Origin: Bacteroidales bacterium
Lineage (GTDB): Bacteria; Bacteroidota; Bacteroidia; Bacteroidales; TTA-H9
Direction of reading: 5' to 3'
Assembly: GCA_030656615.1 (NCBI GenBank)
Contig: JAUSOY010000083.1
Span: forward strand, 172,522-236,521
Length of the DNA: 64,000 nt
Shown: positions 27,033 to 34,817 of the stretch, one piece after another
How the letters are laid out: each line of letters starts with the position of its first letter
Position numbering within the stretch: position 1 is the stretch's first letter
Made by a program: the position numbers and the translations under genes
Notes under the pieces: model-generated
What the model was told of the DNA's origin: nothing
The model's input: the letters and a program-made list of their open reading frames with translations, nothing else
Databases searched by the model: none

Positions 27033-30000
27033 CTAAGCTTTTCGAATTATATGTCTGTATAAAAAGATACCACCAATTGATAATAGGGATAGAATAATCA
27101 GTATGAAACCATATTGGATATACGGTGATTTGTTTAGAATGACCTCCTGACTTTTTCCAATGGATACGTATGATGACCAGAAATAGGGATGCGATCTAAG
27201 CCGATCCGCTTTCTTCAAATACTCTTTTTTAGCCATCCATAATGCTTCATCTACAGGAATTCCTTTTTTAATTTTTTTATAAAAAAGCTCCATTAATTCA
27301 GAACTTGTTTCATCCTCAGCCTCCCATAAGGTTATAACCATGCTCGGAATTCCAGCAGAGAGGAAACCGCGAGCCAGACTAAATACGCCCTCACCGGAAA
27401 GAATCTTCCCCAATCCCGTATTACAACTGTTTAAGACGATTAGAGAGGCGTTTAACTTTAGGTTGGATATCTCATATGCGTTAAGCTGATTGTCCTCTAC
27501 GCTGTCAGGTTTTGGAGCAAACAACAATTTACTGAATGATGGATTCTGTTCATCAATAATCGTATGGGTTGCCAAGTGAATAATTCTGTAATTACCACAA
27601 TTCTTTCTAAAATTGGCTTCACTGGCTTCCTGCTTCACAAAAACCTGACCTTTTATTATACCTGTTACAATTTCTGCTTCTTTTTCACTGCCATATAATG
27701 GCGGAAGGTTTATGGGTTGACCGGATGTTCCCGAAAGGTAAAAATTATTGAAATCGACCGGGGCAAAGGCTACCAGGTTTTCAAGATTATTGTTTTTTGG
27801 AGCTCTGTCGAAGAAAAGGATGGATGCAAGGTAAGAATATCGTATACAGTTGGTTTGGATGAGATAGCTCAAACTCGAATAATCCGGATTATTCAAGTCT
27901 GTAGGTTTCGATTTAATGAGTGTTTCAAAAGGAATATAAGCAAGGATGCCATCAGGCACAACAATTATTTTTTTATTACCAATCAATGGATTAATGGGTA
28001 AAATCAATTTATCATACAAATACGAGGAAGATTGGACAAAATTTTGAAAAACGATGGAAGGGTCGTCGCTGTTTACTGCCTTTAAATTGCTAACCATACG
28101 TCCGATATGATCCTGGAAGTTTGGGTCGATTTTTTGATCAAAAACTGTAAAAGTATCGTTTGTAACAGCAAAAATGAATAAATCGGAATCCGTAATGCTA
28201 TACTCAAGAATAATTTCGTTGTTCAGTTTTTGCTGAATCTCAGACATTTGTATGCCTTTATTGCCAAAACGTCTGCTATAATATTCGGGGTGATACTCTT
28301 TTATTTGACGATAGAGTGTATCAAGTTGTTTTTCGTTTTCAAATATTTTCTCATTCCATAGTTCTAACTTGGCGGTGCTTGGTTTTATAAGTGCGTTTTC
28401 TTCAGTTACTAATTTTTTATATCCGGCAACTGATTTTTTTAAATCTCTCTCCATTTGAATAAGTTCTTGAGAAATAAGGCCATAGGTGCCTTCTTCAAAA
28501 TCCTGTACCTCCTTAAAAAGAAGAGATGACTTGCTCTTCTCAGCATATCGGAATGCATCTTCGAGGTAGGAAGATTTGCCAGTAACTTGGTGGAGGCTTA
28601 CCAAGGTCCTGATGGCATTTAACAAAACGGTTTTAAAATGGCCAGAGACCTGAATGTTGCTCTCATCATAGGTAAATCCACTACGAATATTATCAAGAAC
28701 CAGTGAAAAGGTATTAAAGGTGCGATCCGAATTTTCCAGATATACCGAATTTTGTGATTTCTGCCACATTCTGTAATACGTTTCTGCTTTTTGCGAGAGA
28801 GCAAACATCATGAAATAATCAGGCATTTGTGTGCTGATTATTGGATTGATGGCTGGGTCCTGAACATTGAAGTCTGAATTCAGAGAAATAATTGCGGCTT
28901 GAAAATTCTGGAGAGCCTTTGCATAATTTTTTTCGTCAAGGTATAGTGTCCCTATTTTAATATAGCAATCTGCAACATCACGGTTTTTCTGACCAAACTG
29001 GGAAATTTGAATTTTTAATGCCTCATAATATTTTTTCAAACCTTCTTGTGTCTTTCCTTTGCTTACCAGATATTCTCCATAGTTTAATTTGCTAAAGGCT
29101 ACTTCCGCATGATTATTCCCAAGAAGCTGATTGGAAAGTAAAATGGATTTTTGAAAATTATTTTCGGCTGCATCATCCATTTTTAAAAACTGATAACACT
29201 TTGCAAGATTTCTATACGATTTTATTGTGTTTGAAGAATTTGGGTCATTGAAAATACAGAGTTTGAAATAGTCGGCAGCTTGTTCATATTCTGATTTTGA
29301 AAAATGAATGTATCCTATATTCTGTAATACATCGTTGATTCTCGGATGATTAGGATTTTTCTTACGTAGAAGTCCGAGTGCTCTGTTATAATAATTGAGA
29401 GCCTTTTCATAATCTGAACGGAGATTATATACTTTTCCCATATTCAGGTATACTATATCCAAATCAGGAAATTCTGAACCATGGGCTTTAATATATAAGT
29501 TCTCAGCCTGAATTAAATACTGGAGTGCCAAATCGTAATTGCTTAATAATAATTCAAGGTTTCCCAAATTCTGGTATGCATGAGCTAGGTCGTTATCTTT
29601 ATAGGTTGTAATATTCAATTTGTCATTTAGAGCTTGCCTGAGATATTCTCTAGATTTGTTATAGTCACCTATACTACCATATAAAATACCGATGTTTTCA
29701 CGAAACTTAGGTAATAAATCATTGTTTTTAACTCGTTTTGAACTTGCTGATTCTATGGCCTTCTCATAGTAATCGATGGCCTTGTCATACTTTTCCTGAT
29801 TCCACGAAATCACACCCAGATTGTTGTATGTGATCGATAAATTGGTATCCTTAGGTCCATATAACTTCAGTTTTAGATCAGCTGAAGCCTGTAAATCCAT
29901 AATGGCCTTATCAATGGAACCGTTGATGTAATTAGCCGTACCCCGTAAATGATATAAGGCAGTATTTAATGAATCTTCATAAACGCCTGATTTTTTCAGT

Positions 30001-30302
30001 ACACTATCGGCTTTATTTAGCCATATCAGGGCTGAAATTGGATCACGCCGATCTTTATGCAGACTGCCAATACACACCAGGCAGCGGGCATATTCATAAT
30101 GGTTCCCGGATGCTCTGTACTTGTTAGAAGCCTGTATATAAGCAATTATTGCGCTATCGGTTTTGCCTTCTTTTTCGTACGATTTTGCATTGTTTAACAG
30201 AATCAGGGCTTCTGTATCTAATGGGTTTTGTTGGGAAAGAAAATCAACGGGAACAAATATTAAAAAAAGAAGAAAGACTATTGTTTTTAGCGTTGACTTC
30301 AT
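27033..30302 (-). CDS. Exported TPR-repeat CHAT-domain (caspase-like) protease with a C-terminal membrane anchor
   Basis: The ATG at 30302 gives MKSTLKTIVFLLFLIFVPVDFLSQQ (signal peptide). About 500 aa of TPR repeats follow. The C-terminal CHAT domain has a His (IIHLATHTII) and a Cys (LIVLNSCNTGLG) dyad. The terminal TM helix is FILIILSLLSIGGIFLY, followed by a basic tail. Confidence 0.85.
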   Translation of the reverse strand: MKSTLKTIVFLLFLIFVPVDFLSQQNPLDTEALILLNNAKSYEKEGKTDSAIIAYIQASNKYRASGNHYEYARCLVCIGSLHKDRRDPISALIWLNKADSVLKKSGVYEDSLNTALYHLRGTANYINGSIDKAIMDLQASADLKLKLYGPKDTNLSITYNNLGVISWNQEKYDKAIDYYEKAIESASSKRVKNNDLLPKFRENIGILYGSIGDYNKSREYLRQALNDKLNITTYKDNDLAHAYQNLGNLELLLSNYDLALQYLIQAENLYIKAHGSEFPDLDIVYLNMGKVYNLRSDYEKALNYYNRALGLLRKKNPNHPRINDVLQNIGYIHFSKSEYEQAADYFKLCIFNDPNSSNTIKSYRNLAKCYQFLKMDDAAENNFQKSILLSNQLLGNNHAEVAFSKLNYGEYLVSKGKTQEGLKKYYEALKIQISQFGQKNRDVADCYIKIGTLYLDEKNYAKALQNFQAAIISLNSDFNVQDPAINPIISTQMPDYFMMFALSQKAETYYRMWQKSQNSVYLENSDRTFNTFSLVLDNIRSGFTYDESNIQVSGHFKTVLLNAIRTLVSLHQVTGKSSYLEDAFRYAEKSKSSLLFKEVQDFEEGTYGLISQELIQMERDLKKSVAGYKKLVTEENALIKPSTAKLELWNEKIFENEKQLDTLYRQIKEYHPEYYSRRFGNKGIQMSEIQQKLNNEIILEYSITDSDLFIFAVTNDTFTVFDQKIDPNFQDHIGRMVSNLKAVNSDDPSIVFQNFVQSSSYLYDKLILPINPLIGNKKIIVVPDGILAYIPFETLIKSKPTDLNNPDYSSLSYLIQTNCIRYSYLASILFFDRAPKNNNLENLVAFAPVDFNNFYLSGTSGQPINLPPLYGSEKEAEIVTGIIKGQVFVKQEASEANFRKNCGNYRIIHLATHTIIDEQNPSFSKLLFAPKPDSVEDNQLNAYEISNLKLNASLIVLNSCNTGLGKILSGEGVFSLARGFLSAGIPSMVITLWEAEDETSSELMELFYKKIKKGIPVDEALWMAKKEYLKKADRLRSHPYFWSSYVSIGKSQEVILNKSPYIQYGFILIILSLLSIGGIFLYRHIIRKA

Positions 30303-30340
30303 GGTAGTATTCCTTGGTTGTGGTTTGGCTTGAGTAATAG

Positions 30341-30348
30341 CAAAGCTA
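30341..30348 (-). promoter_or_regulatory. Bacteroidota -7 box (TAnnTTTG) for the CHAT gene
   Basis: TAGCTTTG on the minus strand, 39 nt upstream of the ATG at 30302 and downstream of the hairpin at 30381..30416. Confidence 0.4.
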
Positions 30349-30380
30349 AGAAAAAATAAAGTCAGATTTTTGAGCTGATC

Positions 30381-30416
30381 AAAAAAAGGCGGCTCATCAT
30401 ATGAAACCGCCTTTTT
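30381..30416. terminator. Bidirectional terminator-like hairpin between the T9SS gene and the CHAT gene
   Basis: aaaaaaaggcgg-(14-nt loop)-ccgccttttt. On the minus strand it follows the stop at 30433 and is followed by T7. Confidence 0.6.
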
Positions 30417-30432
30417 AAACAAACTGTTTTTG

Positions 30433-31662
30433 TTATTTGCTGATTAAAAGTCCTCCAGAAAAGCTTGATGTGGAGGTGATAATTTTGTAAATATATCTTC
30501 CCTGACGCAATTGACCCAACTGAATATCAATTGAATTGATGCCCTCCTGCAAATATTGATTGTTTAAAATTAATACTTTAGCGCCCTGCAGATTATACAA
30601 TTCAATATTACACGTGGTATTTGTGAAACTGTTAATCTCAAGGGTAGCAAGTTGAGTTGCTGGATTTGGATAAATAATGTGACTTAGATTCGCGTTTTCT
30701 TTCCAGCCAATAGCAGGTGTTGAGAATTTGAAACCTTCGATGAGTCTGCCACTTACATCGATAACATGACTTTCGATGCCTATATTCAATCCAATACTAT
30801 TGTCATTAGAGAATTCGGCTGTTGTTCTTCCAGCAATAGTAATGAGCGCCTCGTTGTTAAAACAACTAATGCCATGTGCAGTAAGGTCATTCCATGAAAT
30901 TCGTACCTGACCGTTTAAAATATTGAATTGAAGATCGGATAGATCCGACCTTATGTCCGTTATTTCGAAGGCTTTGGTATTGTATTCGAAAACGAGCCCC
31001 ATACCGCTAATCATCATTGAATTGGCTGCATAAACAGGAATTTCTATGTTTTCGAGTGAACGGACTTCCAACGTGCCATTGGTTTCGTTCAGCAAGGCCA
31101 TTCCTTGTTTTGTTAAATTTGGTTGGAAACTACCATTAACATCACCTGTTGAGGTTCCTCCGAGGTTGGTACCTGTTTTTCCACCTGCAACAAAGGTCGT
31201 GGTTGGAAATTCCCACGGTCCGGCTGAAAAAGGTGTTCCTGCAAGAAAATACCCAACAGTAATAGCGGTATAATCGGCCCAGGTAACAGCTCCATCGGCG
31301 TTGACATCAGCAGCCAGTAGTGCTACACCATTTAATGGGGCGATATTGAGGAGGTGGAGAAGCACCAGATAAGAGTCTTCAAAATTGATCCCACCAGCTA
31401 AAGCGTTTGATGTTGCTGAAAGTTTGTAATTTCCGGTATGCACTTCAAAAAAAGTATATTTTCCTGTGGCATCCGTTTGAACAGTCTGGAGTAACTGACC
31501 ATTCATTTTAAGTAGTTTTACGTTTACTCCTTGTAGTGGTTTAGAGGCATCATTGTGATAAAATACATAACCTTCAACAGTATACTGAGCTGCAAAAGCA
31601 CTCATTGAAAATATGACAGCTACCAGGATGGTAACAGTTTTAGTAATAAAATTCTTTTTCAT
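30433..31662 (-). CDS. T9SS-sorted surface protein with CarboxypepD_reg-like, dockerin-like and cohesin-like regions
   Basis: Signal peptide. YTVEGYVFY...GVNVKL...TDATGKYTF is a CarboxypepD_reg-like region. DVNADGAVTWADY is an EF-hand-like dockerin repeat. The C-terminal Por_Secre_tail-like domain runs IYPNPA...YIYKIIT...LLISK. Domain names were recognised by eye. Confidence 0.7.
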   Translation of the reverse strand: MKKNFITKTVTILVAVIFSMSAFAAQYTVEGYVFYHNDASKPLQGVNVKLLKMNGQLLQTVQTDATGKYTFFEVHTGNYKLSATSNALAGGINFEDSYLVLLHLLNIAPLNGVALLAADVNADGAVTWADYTAITVGYFLAGTPFSAGPWEFPTTTFVAGGKTGTNLGGTSTGDVNGSFQPNLTKQGMALLNETNGTLEVRSLENIEIPVYAANSMMISGMGLVFEYNTKAFEITDIRSDLSDLQFNILNGQVRISWNDLTAHGISCFNNEALITIAGRTTAEFSNDNSIGLNIGIESHVIDVSGRLIEGFKFSTPAIGWKENANLSHIIYPNPATQLATLEINSFTNTTCNIELYNLQGAKVLILNNQYLQEGINSIDIQLGQLRQGRYIYKIITSTSSFSGGLLISK

Positions 31663-31771
31663 TGGATTAACTTGTTAAGCATTAACTGAGTTTTTCTTGA
31701 CCATTTGTACGGAAGAATGACAAATAGGGTTCGATTATTTTTCAGGTAATCATTTATCGCCCTTCAAGTAC

Positions 31772-31806
31772 ATTAATATGATGAGATGGCAAAAGGTAAC
31801 CCCCCC
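31772..31806 (-). promoter_or_regulatory. Conserved 35-nt element, copy B (G7-TTACCTTTTGCCATCTCATCATATTAAT on the minus strand)
   Basis: Near-identical to 25230..25265 in inverted orientation. It lies 110 nt upstream of the ATG at 31662. Confidence 0.6.
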
Positions 31807-32001
31807 TCAGGCACTTTTTTTATTAAAAAACGAAAATAATTTCTAATTATCTGAAAATCAGACATGAAAAAAACTGGTATTTTTTTAAAATGAGACAATA
31901 AAACTGAGTGAATTTGAATTTTGAATGATTTTTATCGAAGATTTATTTAGAGGAAGAAAAAAAGTAACTGATAACTTGGTTTTTATACAATAGAAATTTT
32001 G

Positions 32002-32009
32002 TACCTTTG
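32002..32009 (+). promoter_or_regulatory. Bacteroidota -7 box (TAnnTTTG) for rpsU
   Basis: TACCTTTG located 45 nt upstream of the ATG at 32054. Confidence 0.45.
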
Positions 32010-32053
32010 TGCCTCAAATTGTATATCCATTTAACGAAAACGAGGTATTTGAA

Positions 32054-32248
32054 ATGATTATCATTCCTGTAAAAGAAGGCGAAAGCATTGATCGCGCCCT
32101 GAAAAAACTCAAACGTAAATTTGAGAAAACCGGTGTTGTTAGAGAACTCCGTGATCGACAGAAGTTCACGAAACCCAGTGTTAGACAGCGCATGCAGTAT
32201 TTGAAGGCGGTGTATATTCAGAATTTGCGTCAAGAGGCCGAAGCCTGA
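32054..32248 (+). CDS. rpsU: 30S ribosomal protein S21
   Basis: 64 aa from MIIIPVKEGESIDRALKKLKRKFEKTGVVRELRDRQKFTKPSVRQR, the canonical S21 sequence. The upstream extension of the ORF track was rejected. Confidence 0.9.
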   Translation: MIIIPVKEGESIDRALKKLKRKFEKTGVVRELRDRQKFTKPSVRQRMQYLKAVYIQNLRQEAEA

Positions 32249-32265
32249 TTTTACGTAAAATGATT

Positions 32266-32302
32266 AAAAGCGGGGAAGATAGCTATCTTCCCCGCTTTTT
32301 TT
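32266..32302 (+). terminator. Intrinsic terminator of rpsU
   Basis: Perfect 11-bp stem gcggggaagat/atcttccccgc, a 4-nt loop and T7. Confidence 0.85.
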
Positions 32303-32303
32303 A

Positions 32304-32363
32304 TGTGCCATAGATGGCTAATAACAAGGTGGTGTAAATCCATAATGAGGTTTTGTAGTAGCC
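32304..32363 (+). repeat. Post-terminator repeat R1 (TGTGCCATAGATGGCTAATAAC...TTTGTAGT)
   Basis: Begins 1-2 nt after the rpsU terminator T-run. By manual ungapped alignment it is about 70% identical over ~58 nt to 34411..34470, which sits in the same position after another terminator. Confidence 0.55.
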
Positions 32364-32734
32364 AACCATTAGCTTAAGGTAAGGCTTCAGCCATGAGCTT
32401 AGCCGGCCTGGTGCTTATCTTGAGGTATAACATGAAGGAAGCCGGCGGCAAAATTCCGACACAACCGATACTTGGTCAGATTTTATGCCTTTATAATTTA
32501 AATAGAGCGTAGCAAAAGTAGGGAGCAATAAGGGTAGTTATGGTATTGATGGATTGAAAATCGACCATTAAACAGCTCTATCTGTAACTCCGGTTTTATA
32601 TGTGATGTAAAGCTTTGTTCTTTCCAAAAATGCGTGAAACATGTAACTTATATTAAAAGTTATGTAATACTATGTGGAATTAATTGACTCACTTTTGTAG
32701 TGTGAAACTTAACTCTCATTTAATACTTAAAACT

Positions 32735-34357
32735 ATGAAAAATCTATTACTATATGGATTGTTAACAGTTATTCTGTTTTTTACCCCGGTTTTTAATTTT
32801 GCACAAGCTCCCAATCTTGGAACTGCTGCTGATTTCGTATTGTTTTCTACAAATGGAGCAGTAAGTAATTCAGGTATTTCGCAGCTTACCGGAAATGTTG
32901 GTACAAACAATGGTTCCAGCACCGCTTTTGGAAATGTAAATGGTGTTATGCATGATGGAGATGGTGCAAGTGCACAGTGTGCGGCCGATTTACTGATTGC
33001 ATATAACCAATTAGCAAGTACAACCGCAACGTTCTTTCCTGCACCTTTGCTTGGAAATGGGCAAACTCTTAATGCCGGTGTATACTCCATTCCCAGCGCA
33101 GCTACGCTGAACTTAGATCTGATTTTAAACGCCCAAGGTAATGCCAATGCCGTATTTATACTTCAAATTCTGGGACCACTTTCTACAAATGCCAATTCAA
33201 AAGTTAAATTAATTAATGGTGCATTAGCTTGTAATGTGTTTTGGCAAGTAGAAGGTTTGGTAAGTATGGCTTCAGGAACTTCAATGAAAGGAACTATTAT
33301 TGCGAACAATGCAGCAATCAATATGAACACTGGCGACACACTTGAAGGAAGAGCGCTTTCGACTACCGGAGCTGTGACTGTTGATGGATTGTTGGCCTAT
33401 ACGCCTATCGGTTGCGGAAGTGCTGTCCTTACAGGACCAATTGCTCCAGAACTCGGTGTTGCGGCCTGCTATGCGATATTTTCTTCAAACGGCGCAGTTT
33501 CAAATTCAGGAATAACTAATATTACTGGTGATGTTGGAACAAATGTAGGGTCAGCAACAGGTTATGATCCATTACTTGTAACCGGCACCATTCATCTTAT
33601 TCCTGATGGATCTACTGCGCAAAGTGCAGCAGATTTATTAGTTGCTTATAATTATGTTAACACACTGCCTTATGATATTGAGTTGTTGTATCCTGATCAG
33701 TTTGGTAACAATCTGGTTCTTACACCTCATACATATCTTATGGGTGGAGCTGCAACATTTACAGATTCACTTTACCTCAATGCACAAGGTAATGCCGATG
33801 CAGTCTTTGTTATCCAAATAAACGGCGCCCTTACTACAAGTACCTATTCAAAAGTTAAACTGATTAACGGAGCGCAGGCAAAAAATGTATATTGGAAAAT
33901 TGAAGGTGCAGTTACGATAAATAATTATTCTACTTTCTGTGGAACAATAATATGCAATAACGGTGCTTTGGGTGCAATCAATACAGGAGTTGTACTTGAC
34001 GGGAGAGCTCTAACAACCAATGGCGCATTAACTACAACTGCTATTGATGCTGTTGCTACAATGATACCTGGCAATTGTTTTCCTGTAAGCGTACAATCAC
34101 TGGATGCACTAAAGGATGCAGTTACAATTTTCCCGAATCCATTCAGTACCTCAACAACAATTCTTGTCAATGATATTTCGCAAATAATGAAATATGAGTT
34201 GAGAATATTCAATGTTTGGGGAGCGGAAATAATGAGAATACCTATCACCCAAGAACGCACTATCCTTGAAACAATCAATCTTCCTTCTGGATTGTTTTTC
34301 TACAAGGTAATCAGTAATAGTAAGACAATTCAATCAGGCAAGTTGGTTGTCAAATAG
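32735..34357 (+). CDS. Tandem DUF3494 (ice-binding-like) protein with a T9SS C-terminal sorting domain
   Basis: The ATG at 32735 gives a signal peptide. Two internal repeats each start AP(N/E)LG(T/V)AA...F(S)(T/S)NGAVSNSGI(S/T)..TG(N/D)VGTN. The Por_Secre_tail runs IFPNPFS...FFYKVIS...GKLVVK. Confidence 0.8.
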   Translation: MKNLLLYGLLTVILFFTPVFNFAQAPNLGTAADFVLFSTNGAVSNSGISQLTGNVGTNNGSSTAFGNVNGVMHDGDGASAQCAADLLIAYNQLASTTATFFPAPLLGNGQTLNAGVYSIPSAATLNLDLILNAQGNANAVFILQILGPLSTNANSKVKLINGALACNVFWQVEGLVSMASGTSMKGTIIANNAAINMNTGDTLEGRALSTTGAVTVDGLLAYTPIGCGSAVLTGPIAPELGVAACYAIFSSNGAVSNSGITNITGDVGTNVGSATGYDPLLVTGTIHLIPDGSTAQSAADLLVAYNYVNTLPYDIELLYPDQFGNNLVLTPHTYLMGGAATFTDSLYLNAQGNADAVFVIQINGALTTSTYSKVKLINGAQAKNVYWKIEGAVTINNYSTFCGTIICNNGALGAINTGVVLDGRALTTNGALTTTAIDAVATMIPGNCFPVSVQSLDALKDAVTIFPNPFSTSTTILVNDISQIMKYELRIFNVWGAEIMRIPITQERTILETINLPSGLFFYKVISNSKTIQSGKLVVK

Positions 34358-34373
34358 TAAATTATATTAAAAC

Positions 34374-34411
34374 AAAAAAAGTCCGATGCATAATTGTTTC
34401 GGGCTTTTTTT
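34374..34411 (+). terminator. Intrinsic terminator of the ice-binding-like gene
   Basis: An A-run, the agtccga ... tcgggct hairpin, then T7. Confidence 0.7.
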
Positions 34412-34470
34412 GTGCCGTGCATGGCCAATAACTAAGTGGTAGAAGTCCGCTATGGGGATTTGTAGTCCCT
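34411..34470 (+). repeat. Post-terminator repeat R2 (TGTGCCGTGCATGGCCAATAAC...TTTGTAGT)
   Basis: Second copy of the element at 32304..32363, again starting at the end of a terminator T-run. Confidence 0.55.
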
Positions 34471-34817
34471 CAAACTGCTCCAATTCAATCTTTGCAAGCA
34501 ACTGTAACAAATATTCTTCCAGTTTGGTCTGTGCAAATCCAATGGATTAATTACCCTGTTTGAACGACAGACTTATTCACAATTTGAATGCTGAATGTAA
34601 CACTCCGTGTTATATTTTTGTGGATAAACAAGCATAAAAAGAGTTGAATGTCCCACATCACAAAACATTTAATCCTAAATTATTGATTATCAGACGAGCA
34701 ATTTTAGAGAGATCGCGTGGCGCACAAATCAAGAGATATGACCATGCTGATATTTTACAATATCTGTATGATTATCTACTCGATTGTTATATATTGGCTG
34801 TGTGAAATCGTATAATT

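Noticed and set aside
31943-32233. 96-aa minus-strand ORF
   Set aside because: It is antisense to the well-supported rpsU gene and its promoter.
32304-32335. dif-like XerC/XerD recombination site (GTGCCATA resembles the GGTGCGCATAA arm)
   Set aside because: The right half does not form the expected inverted XerD arm (TTATGTTAAAT-like) around a 6-nt spacer. The resemblance is limited to about 8 nt.
32304-32480. Possible RNase P RNA, SRP (4.5S) RNA or cobalamin riboswitch. Local resemblances: TAGATGGCTAAT to the RNase P CR-IV region, GAAGGAAGCCGGC to the SRP domain IV motif, GGTGTAAATCC to the B12 core.
   Set aside because: Only short isolated resemblances. The defining elements are missing: GGAAAGTCCGG plus ACAGAACCCGGCTTA for RNase P, the symmetric-loop partner for SRP, and the GCCACTG B12 box. 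The 5' 58 nt are duplicated at 34411, which is unexpected for single-copy housekeeping RNAs. A covariance-model scan is needed to be sure.
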